Source: Octopus vulgaris (Eukaryota). Taken from it: DNA of 64,000 nt. The position numbers and the translations under genes are program-made. Under the pieces are notes generated by a model. That model had not been told where the DNA came from. It searched no databases and saw nothing but the letters and a program-made list of their open reading frames with translations. Where the stretch lies: assembly GCA_951406725.2 (NCBI GenBank), contig OX597827.1, positions 61,690,001 to 61,754,000 on the forward strand, written 5' to 3'. Positions 11,427 to 25,505 of this stretch are shown in pieces (position 1 is the first letter of the stretch; every line of letters starts with the position of its first letter).

Positions 11427-14209
11427 CTGAAATATATAGAAAAAGAAAAAAAAAAAAAAAACATGTTACAAATGTTTTAAACTTCATGAATAATAATTAT
11501 CTTAACTAATCAAAAGTGTTATCATGTACATTGTTTTGTCTTGGTATAAACGATGGGCTACAGCAAATATTCTGCTCAATACCACAGATTTGCTTGTCAG
11601 TTGTTTGACCTTAACCAGTTGAGCATGTCCCTTAGCGGCTGACAATATGTGCATCTCTGATCACAAGCAGAAGTAGTGGGGGAGCATCACAGCCGTGTGT
11701 TGAAAGGAATTCTTGGAGGTTTGGATAATTCACCTTTGGAAATATGGGTGGTTTGTTCAACACCCTTAAACAACCCTTAATCAGGGACCTTTTGAGTGGG
11801 ACGGGTTACTCGACCAGAAGAAAATTCTAACTGGACCCCACCTGCAAGGTCATGTGCTGTTTATCTTGATCTGAGATCACCATGTCGCGCACATATGGTT
11901 GTGATGCATGTGCCTGGTGTACCTTTATCAGACGGGTAGTCATGATGGGTATACTGGGCTTCGTATATTTTACCCCAGTGCCACTTTGATGGCATGCACT
12001 GCTCTTTCACATAATAATAATAATAATTGAAATCAAATTCAATGACTGGCATCCGTGTAAGTGGAGCGCTAAGAGCACCATTCGAGCGTGATCTTTACCA
12101 GCATTGCTTTACTGGCACTTGTGCCAGTGGCACATGAAAAAGCATTCAAGCGAGGTCATTGCCAGTGCCGCTGGACTGGCTCTTGTGTACCATTTGAGCG
12201 TGGTCATTGCCAATACCGCCTGACTACCCCTTGTGCCGGTGGCATGTAAAAGCACCCACTACACTCTCGGAGTGGTTGGCGTCAGGAAGGGCATCCAGCT
12301 TTAGAAACTCTGCCAGATCAAGATTGGAGCCCGGTGCAGCCATCTGGTTTGCCAGACCTCAGTCAAATCGTCCAACCCATACTAGCATGGAAAGCGGACA
12401 TTAAACGATGATGATGATGATGATGAATAATAATGGTTTCTAATTTATGAATGAGGCCAGCAAGTTTGATGGAAGTGGGTTGTTCATTGATATCATCAAC
12501 CATTGTACTTGACTGGTACTTTATCATGTTGACCTACTGAAAGGATAAAAAACAAAACAGACAGCAGGATGCAAAACCTCAACCTAAAGAGCCAGGAGAG
12601 ATTCTGCAAAAGGATTCTGTCCAACATTAATGATTCAGCCAATACACTGCTTTATAATAACAATTCTTTCTGATTCAGGCACAAAGCTAGCAATTTTGAA
12701 GAGGAAGGAAATAGTTGATACTATTCAATAGTATCCCCCACCCCAGTAATTCACTGGTACTTTATTCTATCAGCCCCAGAAGGATGAAAAGTATAGTGAA
12801 CCTAAGCTGGAATGATACCACAAAGCATATTTTCTAACCTTCACAGTTCTACCAGCTTGCCACTTTATAATAATGATTCCAAATTTTGGCACAAGGCCAG
12901 CAACTTTGGGGGAGTGGGTAAGTCAATAACATTGACCTCAGTGTTTTACTGGTACTTATTTTACTGACACTGAAAGGACAAAAGGGAAAGGTGACCTTGG
13001 CAAAATTTGAACCCAGAATATGAAGAGGGATGAAATACCTATTTCTTTACTACCCACAAGGGGCTAAACACAGAGGGGACAAACAAGGATAAACGGATTA
13101 AGTCGATTACATCGACCCCAGTGCGTAACCGGTACTTAATTTATTGACCCCGAAAGGATGAAAGGCAAAGTCGACCTCGGCGAAATTTGAACTCACAACG
13201 TAGCAGCAGACAAAATACGGCTACGCATTTCGTCCGGCGTGCTAACGTTTCTGCCAGCTCGCCGCTTTAAGGGATGAAATACCGCTAAGTATTTCACCCA
13301 GTGTGCCACCTTACGCCACTTTGTAATAATGCTGGCTTTTAATACTTAGCAGAGAAACGACCTCTGGACAGTGTTTCTGTTAGTTTTAATATGTTAAACA
13401 AAATTAATATATTACCAAACAATAATTGCAGAGTTGACATAGGCACAGAAAATAACCCAAGGCTTTCCAAATGTATAAACCATAGTTTACATGTATGTGT
13501 ATAACAGAATGAAACTTAAAATGGAAAATCTCTATGTAATTTTGATATGATAAATAGGTGTAGTGCAAAAATTTTCACAAGTATTTTCAAAGTATCTCAA
13601 AGAAAACTTTATAATAATTTATTTTTAATGAAAACAATAGAGAGAGAGAGGAGACAGTGCTGCAAGGAAAGAAAATTAGAAGTAACAGAGTGTGTGGGTA
13701 AAGATGAAAAGTATTAAATTAAATAACAGAAGGGATACAACTGAAGTGAGAGAGAGAGAGAGAAAAATAAAAAAAAAAATAAAGAGGATAAAAGTGAGAG
13801 AGGGAAAGTTAAAAGAATAGAGAAAGAAAAAGGCTAATAGTAACAGGGGTGGTAAACAAAACGATGGGAGAGAGAGAGAAGGAGAGAGAGAAGCAGTGTT
13901 GCACGGAAACAGAGTAGAAGAAAACTGCAATAGAAAGGAGACAAAGAAGGAAGAGAGTAAGATATTAAAAACACTGGCCATCTCGCAGTAAATCAAAACC
14001 AGTTTTCTGATAGAATAATGTGCTGCCCTTCCCAAAATCAACCAGTTTACCAGAAGTACTAGATCCACATTATTGTGGTACCAACACTGGAGAGGTTGTT
14101 GGGTCTTTCATATAAGTAAAAGGTTCCCCACAAGGCTTGTAATTATTTTGGCAAGTATCTACAGTTGATGTGAAAGAAAATAAAATGTTGAAGAAGGATG
14201 CTTGTTTAA

Positions 14210-14429
14210 CCCTTTCGTTACCAACCCGGCTGAAACTGGCTCTGGCTCTGTAGTACAAATGTCTTGTTTTCATAAGTTTTGAATTAAAATCTTCCACCAA
14301 GCCTTAGTCACAATTTATGTTCCTAACACTAGCTGAATGATAACTAAGTTATTTTACTAAATTCTTTGTTATATTTAAAGTAATTAAAAAAAACACAGAG
14401 CATCTCAAAAAATTACATTAACGAAAGAG
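14210..14429. mobile_element. piggyBac-type MITE, family 2
   Basis: TTAA|CCCTTTCGTTA...TAACGAAAGAG|TTAA. Inverted copy at 29158-29378 and an older copy ending near 46988. Confidence 0.8.
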
Positions 14430-15374
14430 TTAACTCCAGATCACTCTAAATCACTGGTTCTCAACCATTTTAAAAAAAATTATGGACCCCTTTGATTACC
14501 ATTTTATTCTGATGAACCCCTTTGATGCTTAAAAACTAGGTTTACAGATACTTCTTTCAAAATCCCTATTTTGTTCATCACACCACATTCACTTGTTTAG
14601 TTTGAATTATGTAAAATGTCAGAGAAAGAAACTGAGCTGTTTCTTGCAATACATACATCAAAACCAAAATTTTTTCATGGACTCTTAAAATATTGGGTTG
14701 TCCAGAAACTTTGTACCGATTTATAGTATCTTACCGTTCGACTTATTTTAGAACATGGTTGAGTCCATAAAATAGGATTTGACTACACCTCCATTTGGAG
14801 CACAGTTTAAGCTATCTTTTCGTGGAAGAAGATTTATGTTCCTATAACCTGTGTTAATTCTGTAACCCTTTAAAATGGAAGATAAGAAAGTTCATTTTTG
14901 ACACTTGATGCTTGTTTTTGTTACATGTTATTCCGTGTTCTGAATACTTTTATTTTAATAAATGTTGCTTACTGCAAGTTATGGATGATTCTTTTATGAC
15001 TTCATTGCTTTCAGGCTTAGCTTAAGGTATTTTCGCACCTGACATCACAAAATGCGTCTGAATAAACATTGCCGGACAGCAAATAGCTCTGACATTGCTT
15101 AGAAAATAATTTTCATTTTTAACCTCGTATATAATATGCACTAGGGATTTTGACCGTTAAATTTTGGGAAAAAGATTAAGGATTATACTCGAGGATTTAC
15201 GGTATGTGAAAAAATATCTGAGAGTTGGAGAGAGAGAGAGATAATAGCATTTAAGGAATAGAAAGAGTAAGAAAGAAAATTAAGCAGAAATACAGATGAC
15301 AGAAGAGAGAAAGACAGAGAGAAGAGGCAAAAAGAAACAAAAAGTAAAAAAGAAATTATACAAAGAGAACTCAC

Positions 15375-15492
15375 GTAATTCACAGACATTTGAAGCCTGG
15401 CTTTTAGTTGGCATAATAAGAGAGGCAAAGGACACAGGTAGCACAATTTTGGTCTCCCATGAAATTTCACTGACTCGACAGGTCTGGACCAG
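15375..15492 (-). CDS. PCMTD1: PCMTD1/2 coding exon 3 (not in the ORF track)
   Basis: Acceptor ctttcttcttccAG; LVQTCRVSEISWETKIVLPVSFASLIMPTKSQASNVCEL, similar to vertebrate LTQIMRTGQNTWESKNILAVSFAPL; donor GTGAGT; 118 nt. Confidence 0.92.
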
Positions 15493-15992
15493 CTGGAAGA
15501 AGAAAGTAAAAGAGAAAAGTTAGTTTAAATCAGTATTTTATATTTTTTAATTCCTACTTTGGTCATCACTATGGGATTCTGTACTGAGAGGATTTATTTC
15601 TAAGATGCAAGTGTGTGTAAAGTTTCTTCTTGATGGAAGACTAGCAGTTGCCCATGTATCTAAAAGTCTCCCTTTTCCAAGTAAACACAGAACACAGCAA
15701 TTGGGAGTGGCTGCTTGGACACTGGAAATTTACATGGTTGACTGAATATTGAACCCATTCTGGTGACAATATTTTTTGGTGCTAGAAGCAAACACACACA
15801 CACACACACACAAACGTGTACAAGCAGAAGTATACAGATACAGACAGAAAACAGTTACAGAAAACAATTACAAGTTATTAATTGAAAACAACTGACATAA
15901 ACACACTTCTCTCCCCATACATATAAAAAGAAATAGGCTTACACACATGAACAGAAAGAGAGGAGGAAGGGAGAGAGAGAGAGAGACATTTA

Positions 15993-16378
15993 ATTGGCTG
16001 TGTGGTAAGTAGCTTGCTTACCAACCACATGGTTCTGGGTTCAGTCCCACTGTGTGGCACCTTGGGCAAGTGTCTTCTACTATAGCCTCGGGCCGACCAA
16101 AGCCTTGTGAGTGGATTTGGTAGACGGAAACTGAAAGAAGCCCGTCGTATATGTGTGTGTGTGTATGTTTGTGTGTCTGTGTTTGTCCCCCCCCCCACAT
16201 CGCTTGACAACCGATGCTGGTGTGTTTACGTCCCCGTAACTTAGCGGTTCGGCAAAAGAGACCAATAGAATAAGTACTAGGCTTCCAAAGAATAAATCCT
16301 GGGGTCGATTTGCTCGACTAAAGGCAGTGCTCCAGCATGGCCACAGTCAAATGACTGAAACGAGTAAAAGAGTAAAGA
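15993..16378 (+). mobile_element. tRNA-derived SINE family A with central microsatellite (representative copy)
   Basis: Head tggctgtgtggtaag...ggttcagtccc (A/B boxes); tail gaaacaagtaaaagagtaa. Other copies at 1-170(-), 1130-1410, 5632-6035, 18985-19262(-), 20338-20510, 21370-21730, 30525-30895, 40158-40540(-), 44835-45380, 45803-46175, 47250-47630, 52260-52590(-) and 59445-59880. Confidence 0.9.
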
Positions 16379-17072
16379 GGTCTCTAACTGAAATGCCTCT
16401 CCCCTCTCAAAAAATTCCTTGTCTTGCAAGTTACCCGATGACCCTGCCGGTGCTGATGCCATGTAAAAAGTATCCAGTCCCCACTGTGAAGTGGTTGGTA
16501 TTTGAAAGGGCATCCAGCTGTAAAAACCATGCCAAAACTGACCTTGCCTGTACTAGTGCCACATAAAAAGCACTCAGTCTACTCAGCAGGGTGGTTGGTG
16601 TTAGGAAGGGCATCCAGTTGTAAAAACCATGCAAAAACAGACACAGTGGTCTGGTGTAGTCTTCCACCTAGCCAGCTCCTGTCAAACCGTCCAACTCATG
16701 CCAGCATGGAAGGCAGACATTAAACGATGATGATGATGATGAACTGAAATGTACATGCATCGAATTGGTTCATCAAACCTTGGAATACACCAGCAATGAA
16801 AGAATATGCTGGAAAGTGTGTCTTGACACAGAGAGAGAGAGAGAGAGATTTCAGGTGATGAAGAAAGTAATTGTTTATACAAATGATTCCATCAACTTTG
16901 AGATGTTGAAAGCAAAAGCAATAAATCAGTAGTTATTAAGGGCAGGGAAATTGCCTTTCTTGAGAATGGTATAAGGTACAAAAATCACGTAGCAACCATG
17001 TGGTTTTGGATTTCATCTCACTGTATGGTGGCCCTTCCTACTATAACTCTGAGCTGACCAACAGCTTGTGAA

Positions 17073-17076
<4 letters not shown>

Positions 17077-17124
<48 letters not shown>
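17077..17124 (+). repeat. (TAA)n microsatellite
   Basis: Directly visible, ~16 units. Confidence 0.95.
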
Positions 17125-17125
<1 letters not shown>

Positions 17126-18628
17126 TGTGTACAGTGCTCAGGTGTACTACAACTCATCTAAAGTGTATATATAATCAGGTGAAGTTTCGGCGGATTTCGG
17201 AAAGCATGAGGGCCTTAAAAGATGCAGTGTCATGGCAGTCAACTGAATGTGTGTGTGAGTTTGTTATTTCTTTTATAGCACACAAGGGGCTAAATATAGA
17301 GGGGACAAACAAGGACAGACAAAAGGATTAAGTCGATTATATCGACCCCAGTGCGTAACTGGTACTTAATTTATCGACCCCGAAAGGATGAAAGGCAAAG
17401 TCAACCTCGGCAGAATTTGAACTGAGAACGTAATGGCAGGCAAAATACCTATTTCTTTACTACCCACAAGGGGCTAAACACAGAGGGGACAAACAAACAA
17501 GGACAGACAAAGGGATTAAGTCAATTACATCGACCCCAGTGCGTAACTGGTACTTATTTAATCGACCCCAGAAGGATGAAAGACAAAGTCGACCTCAGCG
17601 GAATTTGAACCCAGAACGTAACGGCAGACGAAATATGGCTACACATTTCGCCCGGCGTGCTAACGTTTCTGCCAGCTTGCCACCTTGTCTGTGTGAGTTT
17701 GTGTGTGTGTGTGTACATGTGATTTTGCTTCATAGGAGACATAAATATTGCAAAGACATCACACACACACATACACACGTGCTTGTGGCTGTGTAGTTAA
17801 GATATTTGCTTCCCAACTATATGGCATATGGTTTTGGGTTCAGTCTCACTGTGTAGTTATCTTGGGCAAGTGTCTTCCATAGTGCCAGGCTTCCCAAAGC
17901 CTTATGAGTGAATGTGGTAGACAGAAAATGAAAGAAGCCTGGCATGTACATGCATGTGTGCATGTGTGTGTATGAGTGCCCTTGTTTTGACATCACATGA
18001 TCGTTGAAATTCACAGAAATGATGTTTTGTTTCCAATACTCCATGGAAAGCATGTCTGGCCATGGGGAAATATTACCTTACTTGGAAACAGATGAAGGTT
18101 GGTAACAGAAAGAGCATCAGGCCATGAAAAATCTGCCTCAATGAATTTCATCAGACCCATGCAGGAATGGAAAAGTGGAAGTTAAGACAATTATTGATGA
18201 TGATGATTTCTGTTCATTAAATTTCTCTTGCAAGGCCCTAATAGAGTACACCTACGCTGCTAGGTGCCATACAGTGGAATTGAACTAGAAACCATGTGAT
18301 CGCAAAGTGAACTTCTAAACCACACAACTAAATTTAAGCTTAAAATGATGAGTAAGAAAATGGCATTTGAAAGATTCTTTTTCAAGTTGTGAAATATTCT
18401 GCAATAAGTTTGGCGTTAGGAAGGGCATCCAGCTGTAGAAACTCTGCCAGATCAAGATTGGAGCCTGGTGCAGCCATCTGGTTCGCCAGGCTTCAGTCAA
18501 ATCATCCAACCCATGCTAGCATGGAAAGCGGATGTTAAACGATGATGATGATGATGATGAAGTAACAATCCCCCACCCACCAAAAAACCCTCCACCAAAA
18601 TTAACAACTACAAAAACAACAACATTAC

Positions 18629-18903
18629 CTGTTCTTTGAGGGGCATAACAAGAATGCCTCCAATGCTGATTAAATTCTTCATGTAGTTTTCATGTTCAGC
18701 CGGACAAGCAGCACCACAGTAGACGCGGTCATAAAGGCGGATTCCAGAACCGAGCTGCAAACAGTTGCCAACTGTAAACTTTGGTTCACAGAAATCAAAT
18801 TCATCGAACATCTCCGACTTGGCTTTGAACTCTTCCAGTCTCTCGTTGGCATATTCCACTACATCTGGGTGAATTTCAATCCCATGATTTATTCCATAAG
18901 GGC
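18629..18903 (-). CDS. PCMTD1: PCMTD1/2 coding exon 2
   Basis: Acceptor ttttgttaAG; GPYGINHGIEIHPDVVEYANERL...YDRVYCGAACPAEHENYMKNLISIGGILVMPLKEQ; donor GTAATG; 275 nt, phase consistent with exon 1. Confidence 0.95.
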
Positions 18904-18984
18904 CTTAACAAAATAATATAAAACAAAAAAAATAATGAAGTGAGATGTAGTAATAGACGACTACTATTGCCTATATATGCATAC

Positions 18985-19262
18985 TACGCTAAGTTACAGG
19001 GATGTAAACACACCAGCATCGGTTGTCAAGCGATGTTGGGGGGACAAACACAGACACACACAGATATATATATATATATATATACACACACATACATATA
19101 TACGATGGGCTTCTTTCAGTTTCCATCTACCAAATCCACTCACAAGGCTTTGGTCGGTCCGAGGCTATAGTAGAAGACACTTGATCAAGGTGCCACGCAG
19201 TGGGACTGAACCCGGAACCATGTGCTAGGTAAGCAAGCTACTTACCACACAGCCACTCATGC
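18985..19262 (-). mobile_element. SINE family A copy
   Basis: Reverse complement of the 15993-16378 copy. Confidence 0.9.
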
Positions 19263-19784
19263 ACAAGATTATGTAACTAGTTACACAATGCCTGAGAAGT
19301 GGATGGGGTAACAGTTATAGCGAAGATACCTGTGATCATTAATACACATTCAAGCCTAACCTGTAGATAAATGATGACAATTTTCTCCAATTAGGTACTA
19401 TAGTCAAATAGCCTTCTTTCAAATATTACCTAGACTGTGTGTCGAATGGGGCAGCAAAAGTGGCACTGTCTCATATATGTATGCAGTCCAATATAGGTTT
19501 TATATAAGTTTTGCAGAGATCACAAACTTACTGGTGCTAAAGAGAGGAGCCCTAATGTTCTTGATATTAGGTCGCTATGAAAGATAATTACTGTATTTTC
19601 AGGCATACAAGTTGGCATATATAGTGTAAACATTCATAAGTTGTCACTATCTTTCCAAATTCTGCTGCATTCCCCCATGTAATCTTTGGCCCTTCAAAGT
19701 CGTTTTGATCTATAAGACAACCTACCCTTTTTTGACAGTCAATTTTGGTCAGAAAAATTTGGCATGTAGAGATAATGAGGATTA

Positions 19785-20249
<465 letters not shown>

Positions 20250-20504
20250 TTAACTCCACCTTTATTTCCTTTCTTCCTTTGTTGTTATAACACTGCAATG
20301 AAGACAATAAATAAGAAATTGAAATACAAGTTATATATAGGGCACAGGCACGGTTGAGTGGTTAAGAACTTTGCTTCCCAACCACATGGTTTGGGGTTCA
20401 GTCCCACTGCTGCATAGTCTTCTACTATAGCCCTGAACCAACCAAAGCCTTGTGATTGGATCTGATGAACAGAAACTGAAAGAAGCTATGGTGTATGTAT
20501 GTAT

Positions 20505-21068
20505 ATATTGGGTCATCCCATAAAAAATACAGTTCTTTCAATTGCATGAAAAGTCAGAGGGGTATAGGATAAACTACCTGCATCAACTTGCTATAAAAGC
20601 AGATAATTTTATCTTGGTCTTATTCTTAGTGCCAGTTTTGAAGAGTGCAGTTCGATTTTAACAGCTACTTTTTCAAAGTTATAATAGAAGTGACAAAGGA
20701 GCATATTTGGCATATTTTACTTTATGAGTTCAATAAAGGCAACAACACAATGGAAAGTGTGAGGAATATTGATGCAGACCATAAGTGTAAGCCAGTGTCA
20801 ACGATAGTTCCAGAAATTCCAAGCCAGAAACTACAGCCTAGAAGACGAGCCTCATCCTGGAAGATCAGTAGAGCTTGATGGAGATATCCTGCAAACCCTG
20901 GTAGAACAAAATCCCATTGTAACTGTTGAGGAACTAGCAGAGATGCTTGGATTTGGTCATTCAACCGTTCATTGACACCTGCATGCCATTGGAAAAATCA
21001 GCAAATTAGGTCAATGGGTTCCTTATAAACTTTCCGAGTTTAATCGCACACAGAGAGTGAATGTATGC
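20505..21068 (+). mobile_element. Mariner 5' remnant (TIR and HTH region), same family as 1416-2400
   Basis: tattgggtcatccc TIR-like start; EVTKEHIWHILLYEFNKGNNTMESVRNI; ggtcaatgggttcct (WVP motif). Confidence 0.75.
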
Positions 21069-22254
21069 TCCAGAATCTGCCGACATCAAACCAGTCCTTA
21101 CCGATGAGGCAATGGAAATTGCCAAAACTGGCTGTCAGTATAAGGAATTCTCAAACGGTGTTTTCAAACGATTACAGTCTCTGTCAGTATAAATGTATAC
21201 AATTATGTGCTTTGACTACAGAATTAGAACATTTTAGCTCTTATTTCTAGCAATGTAGGTGTTTCTAACACTCTAGTCACATTTAGTGATGATTATGGCA
21301 TTCCTTTTTGGTGAAACATTGCAAACTGCTGTCTACATTAATTGTATTTATATAATTAAATTTATATATAGGTGCACACATGGTTCCGGGTTCAGTCCCA
21401 CTGCATGGCATCTTGGGCAAGTGTCTTCTACTATAGCCCCGGGTCGACCAATGCCTTGTGAGTGGATTTGGTAGATGGAAACTGAAAGAAGCCTGTCGTA
21501 TATATGTATGTATATATATGTGTGTGTGTGCATGTGTTTGTCCCCCTAGCATTGCTTGACAACCAATGCTGGTGTGTTTACGTCTCCGTCACTTAACGGG
21601 TCGGCAAAAGAGACCGATAGAATAAGTACTAGACTTACAACGAATAAGTCCCGGGGTTGATTTGCTCGACTAAAGGTGGTGCTCCAGCATGGCCACAGTC
21701 AAATGACTGAAACAAGTAAAAGAGAGAGAGTATATATATTTAGTATTAAAGGATGGTACTTACAATAATAAATATAACTCGGTGAGGCAGCAAGCCTGTC
21801 AGCTGACTTCATGCAAGTAGTTCTCAACAAGCTGACACTAGATCACACAGCATCATTAGATCACTGTTCATTCAGTCAGTTGTGGATTACCTCCGCATCA
21901 ATGCAAATGGAATTTGATATCACTGGAAATAACAACAACAATAATAATAATAATAATATAACAGAATAATTAAAGGATCCCATAACAGAAAGACAAAAAT
22001 CTCAGCCCTAGCAATCATCCAATAAAAAACAAAAAAGCATCCATTAATGTTCTTTCAAAGACTGTATATTGCTAGCGTGGCTTTTATTAAAGCTGCAAAA
22101 TTTTCACAAAACTGTTATTCAGAGTTTCACATTCCAGTTCATCGGACAGTTGTGATCAATATTGTATTTATTGCAGCTGTCTGGCGAATGGGAACATTAA
22201 CTTTGAGTAACATTTTTGTGAAAATTTTGCTCCTTTAATAAAAGTATCATCATC

Positions 22255-23218
22255 ATCATCATTGTTGTCATTTAACGTCCGCTTTCCATGCTGACATGGG
22301 CTGGATGGTTTGATTGAGGACTGGCAACCTAGGAAGCTGCACCAGACTCCAATCTGATTTGACGATGTTTCTACAGCTGGATGCCCTTCCTAACGCCAAC
22401 CACTCCGAGAATATAGTGGGTGATTGTTACGTGCCACTAGCATAGGAGCCAGCCAGGTGGCATTGGCATTGACCACACTCGAGTGATGCTTTTTACATGC
22501 CACCTGCAAAGGTGCGAGTCAGGTGGCACTGGCATTAGTCATGCTTGAATGGTGCTTTTTACATGCCACCAGCACAGGAGCCAGTCTGGCAGCACTGGTA
22601 TCGGTCACGACTACAATTTTACTTGGTTCGACAGATCTTCACAACCACAGCATATTGCCCAATGACTGAATGGTACTTTTAAATGGACCAGTTATGTGAC
22701 ACTGGCATCAGTCATGGCTACGACCTCACTTGGCTTGCCGGATCTTTTGAGGCACAACATATCTCCAGAGGTTTCGGTCATTTGTCATTGCCCCTGTGAA
22801 GCCCAACGTTCGAAGGTCATGCTTCACCACCTCATCCTATGTCTACCTCTTCTACAGGCTCTCTCTGCTGTTAGGCAGTGATACTTCTTCACACAGTTGT
22901 CCTCATCCATACACAACACATGACCACACCAGCGCAGTTCTCTCTCTTGCACACCACATCTGATGCTTCTGATGTCCAACTTTTCTCTCAGGGCGTTTAC
23001 ACTCTGTCATATATGCACACTGACATTACACAATCCAGTGGAGTGTACTATCTTCATTTCTTTCAAGCCTAAGCATGTCCTCAGCAGTTACAACCCATGT
23101 TTCACTGCCATGTAGCATGGCTGTTCACACACAAGCATCATACAGTCTTACTTTCACTCTGAGTGCGAGACCCTTTGTTACCAGCAGGGGTAGGAGCCCT
23201 CTGAACTTTGCCCAGGCT
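22255..23218 (-). mobile_element. RTE-clade LINE 3' fragment (RT C-terminus, 3' UTR, (GAT)n tail)
   Basis: Minus strand contains decayed AWAKFRGLLPLL, LYDACV, RLRWCGHV and GRHRMRWW segments, and ends cggacgttaaatgac...gatgatgat. Confidence 0.75.
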
Positions 23219-23571
23219 AATGGTATACACCTGTTAGTTTGCCAGTAAAGCACATTCACTGGCTCAGTGTATGTTGAATATGTAATTAATTGTGCAAAAC
23301 AGAGTTTATTTTAATGAGACACCTCTTGAAATCACCAGAGGAGACACATCTACACCAAGAGATATACCTAAACCAGTTGTACAGTATCCCACCCTTGAGG
23401 GATTGATGCGAGATGGGCTGAAATGATTGTAGTGATCAATAGATTCTCATATCTTCCATCTCTCTCATTGATTATCATCATCATTTAGCGTCCGTTTTCC
23501 ATGCTAGCATGGGTTGGACGGTTCTACTGGGGTCTGTGAAGCCAGAAGGCTTCATCAGGCCCAGTCTATTT

Positions 23572-23620
<49 letters not shown>

Positions 23621-24194
23621 TATATATATATTTACCTTTACTATGAAAAATAAACTATATGGTTACACGATGGGGTTTTATCTTTCTGTAGCAGAAAAAG
23701 AGGGATCGGTCTGATTAGTGTCACAACACCCCCTATGAGAATAGACTTGACCGAATGACTATAAATAGTAGCAGTCTGAGTGAGAGACAAAAGGAGAGTA
23801 GGTGTTAATCGCAGGAAGCCCTAAAGTATCGCTTTGGTAGTTTGTCGGAATATTGTTTGTTAGTTCATATATAGTTTGCGGAGAGTTTGTTGGATTGCTA
23901 TGTTGTTGTTACCCTGCTTCGTTATATATTTTATTGTTACTGCATGGTTATAGTGTAAACGAGTATCATCATATGTAGTGGTGACACTACAACAATAATT
24001 GGCAACAAGTAACTATGTTGCAATACTGGCAATGAGGATTCGAAGCTCACCCAGGTCAGTTAACAAATTTTTGTGCTACAAAGTTGTTAATGATGAAAGA
24101 CCTATTAACTTTTATAATACAGTTGCAGCAGCAACAGGAGTTGCACCAACAACTACAACACAATCACTTACAGTGCAACAGCAGAAAGTGTCAA

Positions 24195-24600
24195 TCAACA
24201 GTACCCAAGAGTCAAACAACAGTGCCCAAGAGTCGAACAACAGTGCCCAAGAGTCAAACAACAGTGCCCAAGAGTCAAACAACAGTACCCAAGAGTCAAA
24301 CAACAGTACCCAAGAGTCAAACAACAGTACCCAAGAGTCAAACAACAGTACCCAAGAGTCGAATAACAGTACACAAGAGTCGGACAACAGTACCCAAGAG
24401 TCAAACAACAGTACCCAAGAGTCAAACAACAGTACCCAAGAGTCAAACAACAGTACCCAAGAGTCAAACAACAGTACCCAAGAGTCAAATAGCAGTACCC
24501 AAGAGTCGAACAACAGTGCCCAAGAGTCGAACAACAGTACCCAAGAGTCGAACAACAGTACCCAAGAGTCAAACAACAGTACCCAAGAGTTGAACAGCAG
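24195..24600 (+). repeat. 21-bp tandem array (~19 units, CAAGAGTCAAACAACAGTACC)
   Basis: Directly visible; translates as (QESNNST)n, (KSQTTVP)n or (PRVKQQY)n. Confidence 0.97.
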
Positions 24601-25293
24601 TTACTGGGAAAAATGAGGAAATGTGGAAACACTATAAGTTTGTTTTCACCAGACAGCATATCAAACTCTATAACAAAATTCAGCCATGATTCAGAGGAGG
24701 GTATAACGTCTGCAATGTACTTTAGAAGGTATGAAGAAATCTTCAGGGAAGATTGCAAGTCATGGATGGAAAACGTAAAAGATTACTATTATGTAAATTA
24801 GTGCCGGCTGAGCATGAAAAGTTATGTAAAAAAATCGAAGAGAAGGAGTTCTCACAAGTACAAGCATGCTGACCAGGAAGGCATAAGCAAAAAAATAATG
24901 TCGAGATCAAACCCATGCTACAGATGTGGAGCCCTACATTTGAAGAAGGATTGTTCTTTCAAAACATGAAAATATTACAGCTGCCAAAAAAATAAGACAC
25001 AAGAGCTCAGATTGCAGAGCAAAGTTAGCAAGGTCGAACATAAAAAAATTCTAAAATTTTCTTAAGAGAAAGAAGTAACAACACCATAAAGAGGAAGTTT
25101 CTATATGTAAAAGTAAACAAAGTGAATATTAAATTACAACTAGGTACTGGTAGCAACATTTTGATTATCCATACTGACATGTGGTAAAGATTTGGGAAAT
25201 CTACATTGAGAAAAACATCATAAATTGCTTGAGGCGTGACAGGTGAAAAACAACACTTTGTAGGCAAAATGTGGAGTGAAAACTTTAGACTTT

Positions 25294-25505
25294 CCCAAGA
25301 GTCAAACAACAGTACCCGAGAGACGAACAACAGTACCCAAGAGTCAAACAACAGTACCCAAGAGTCAAACAACAGTACCTGAGAGACGAACAACAGTACC
25401 CGAGAATCAAACAACAGTACCCGAGAGACAAACAACAGTACCCGAGAGACAAACAACAGTACCCAAGAGTCAAACAACAGTACCCACCAAGAGCTGAACA
25501 GCAGT
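25294..25505 (+). repeat. Second 21-bp array (~10 units, with CGAGAGAC variant)
   Basis: Same unit as 24195-24600, again followed by the same gag segment. Confidence 0.95.

Noticed and set aside
24195-25505. CRISPR-like array
   Set aside because: Units are head-to-tail with no unique spacers, lie inside a Gypsy gag, and the genome is eukaryotic.
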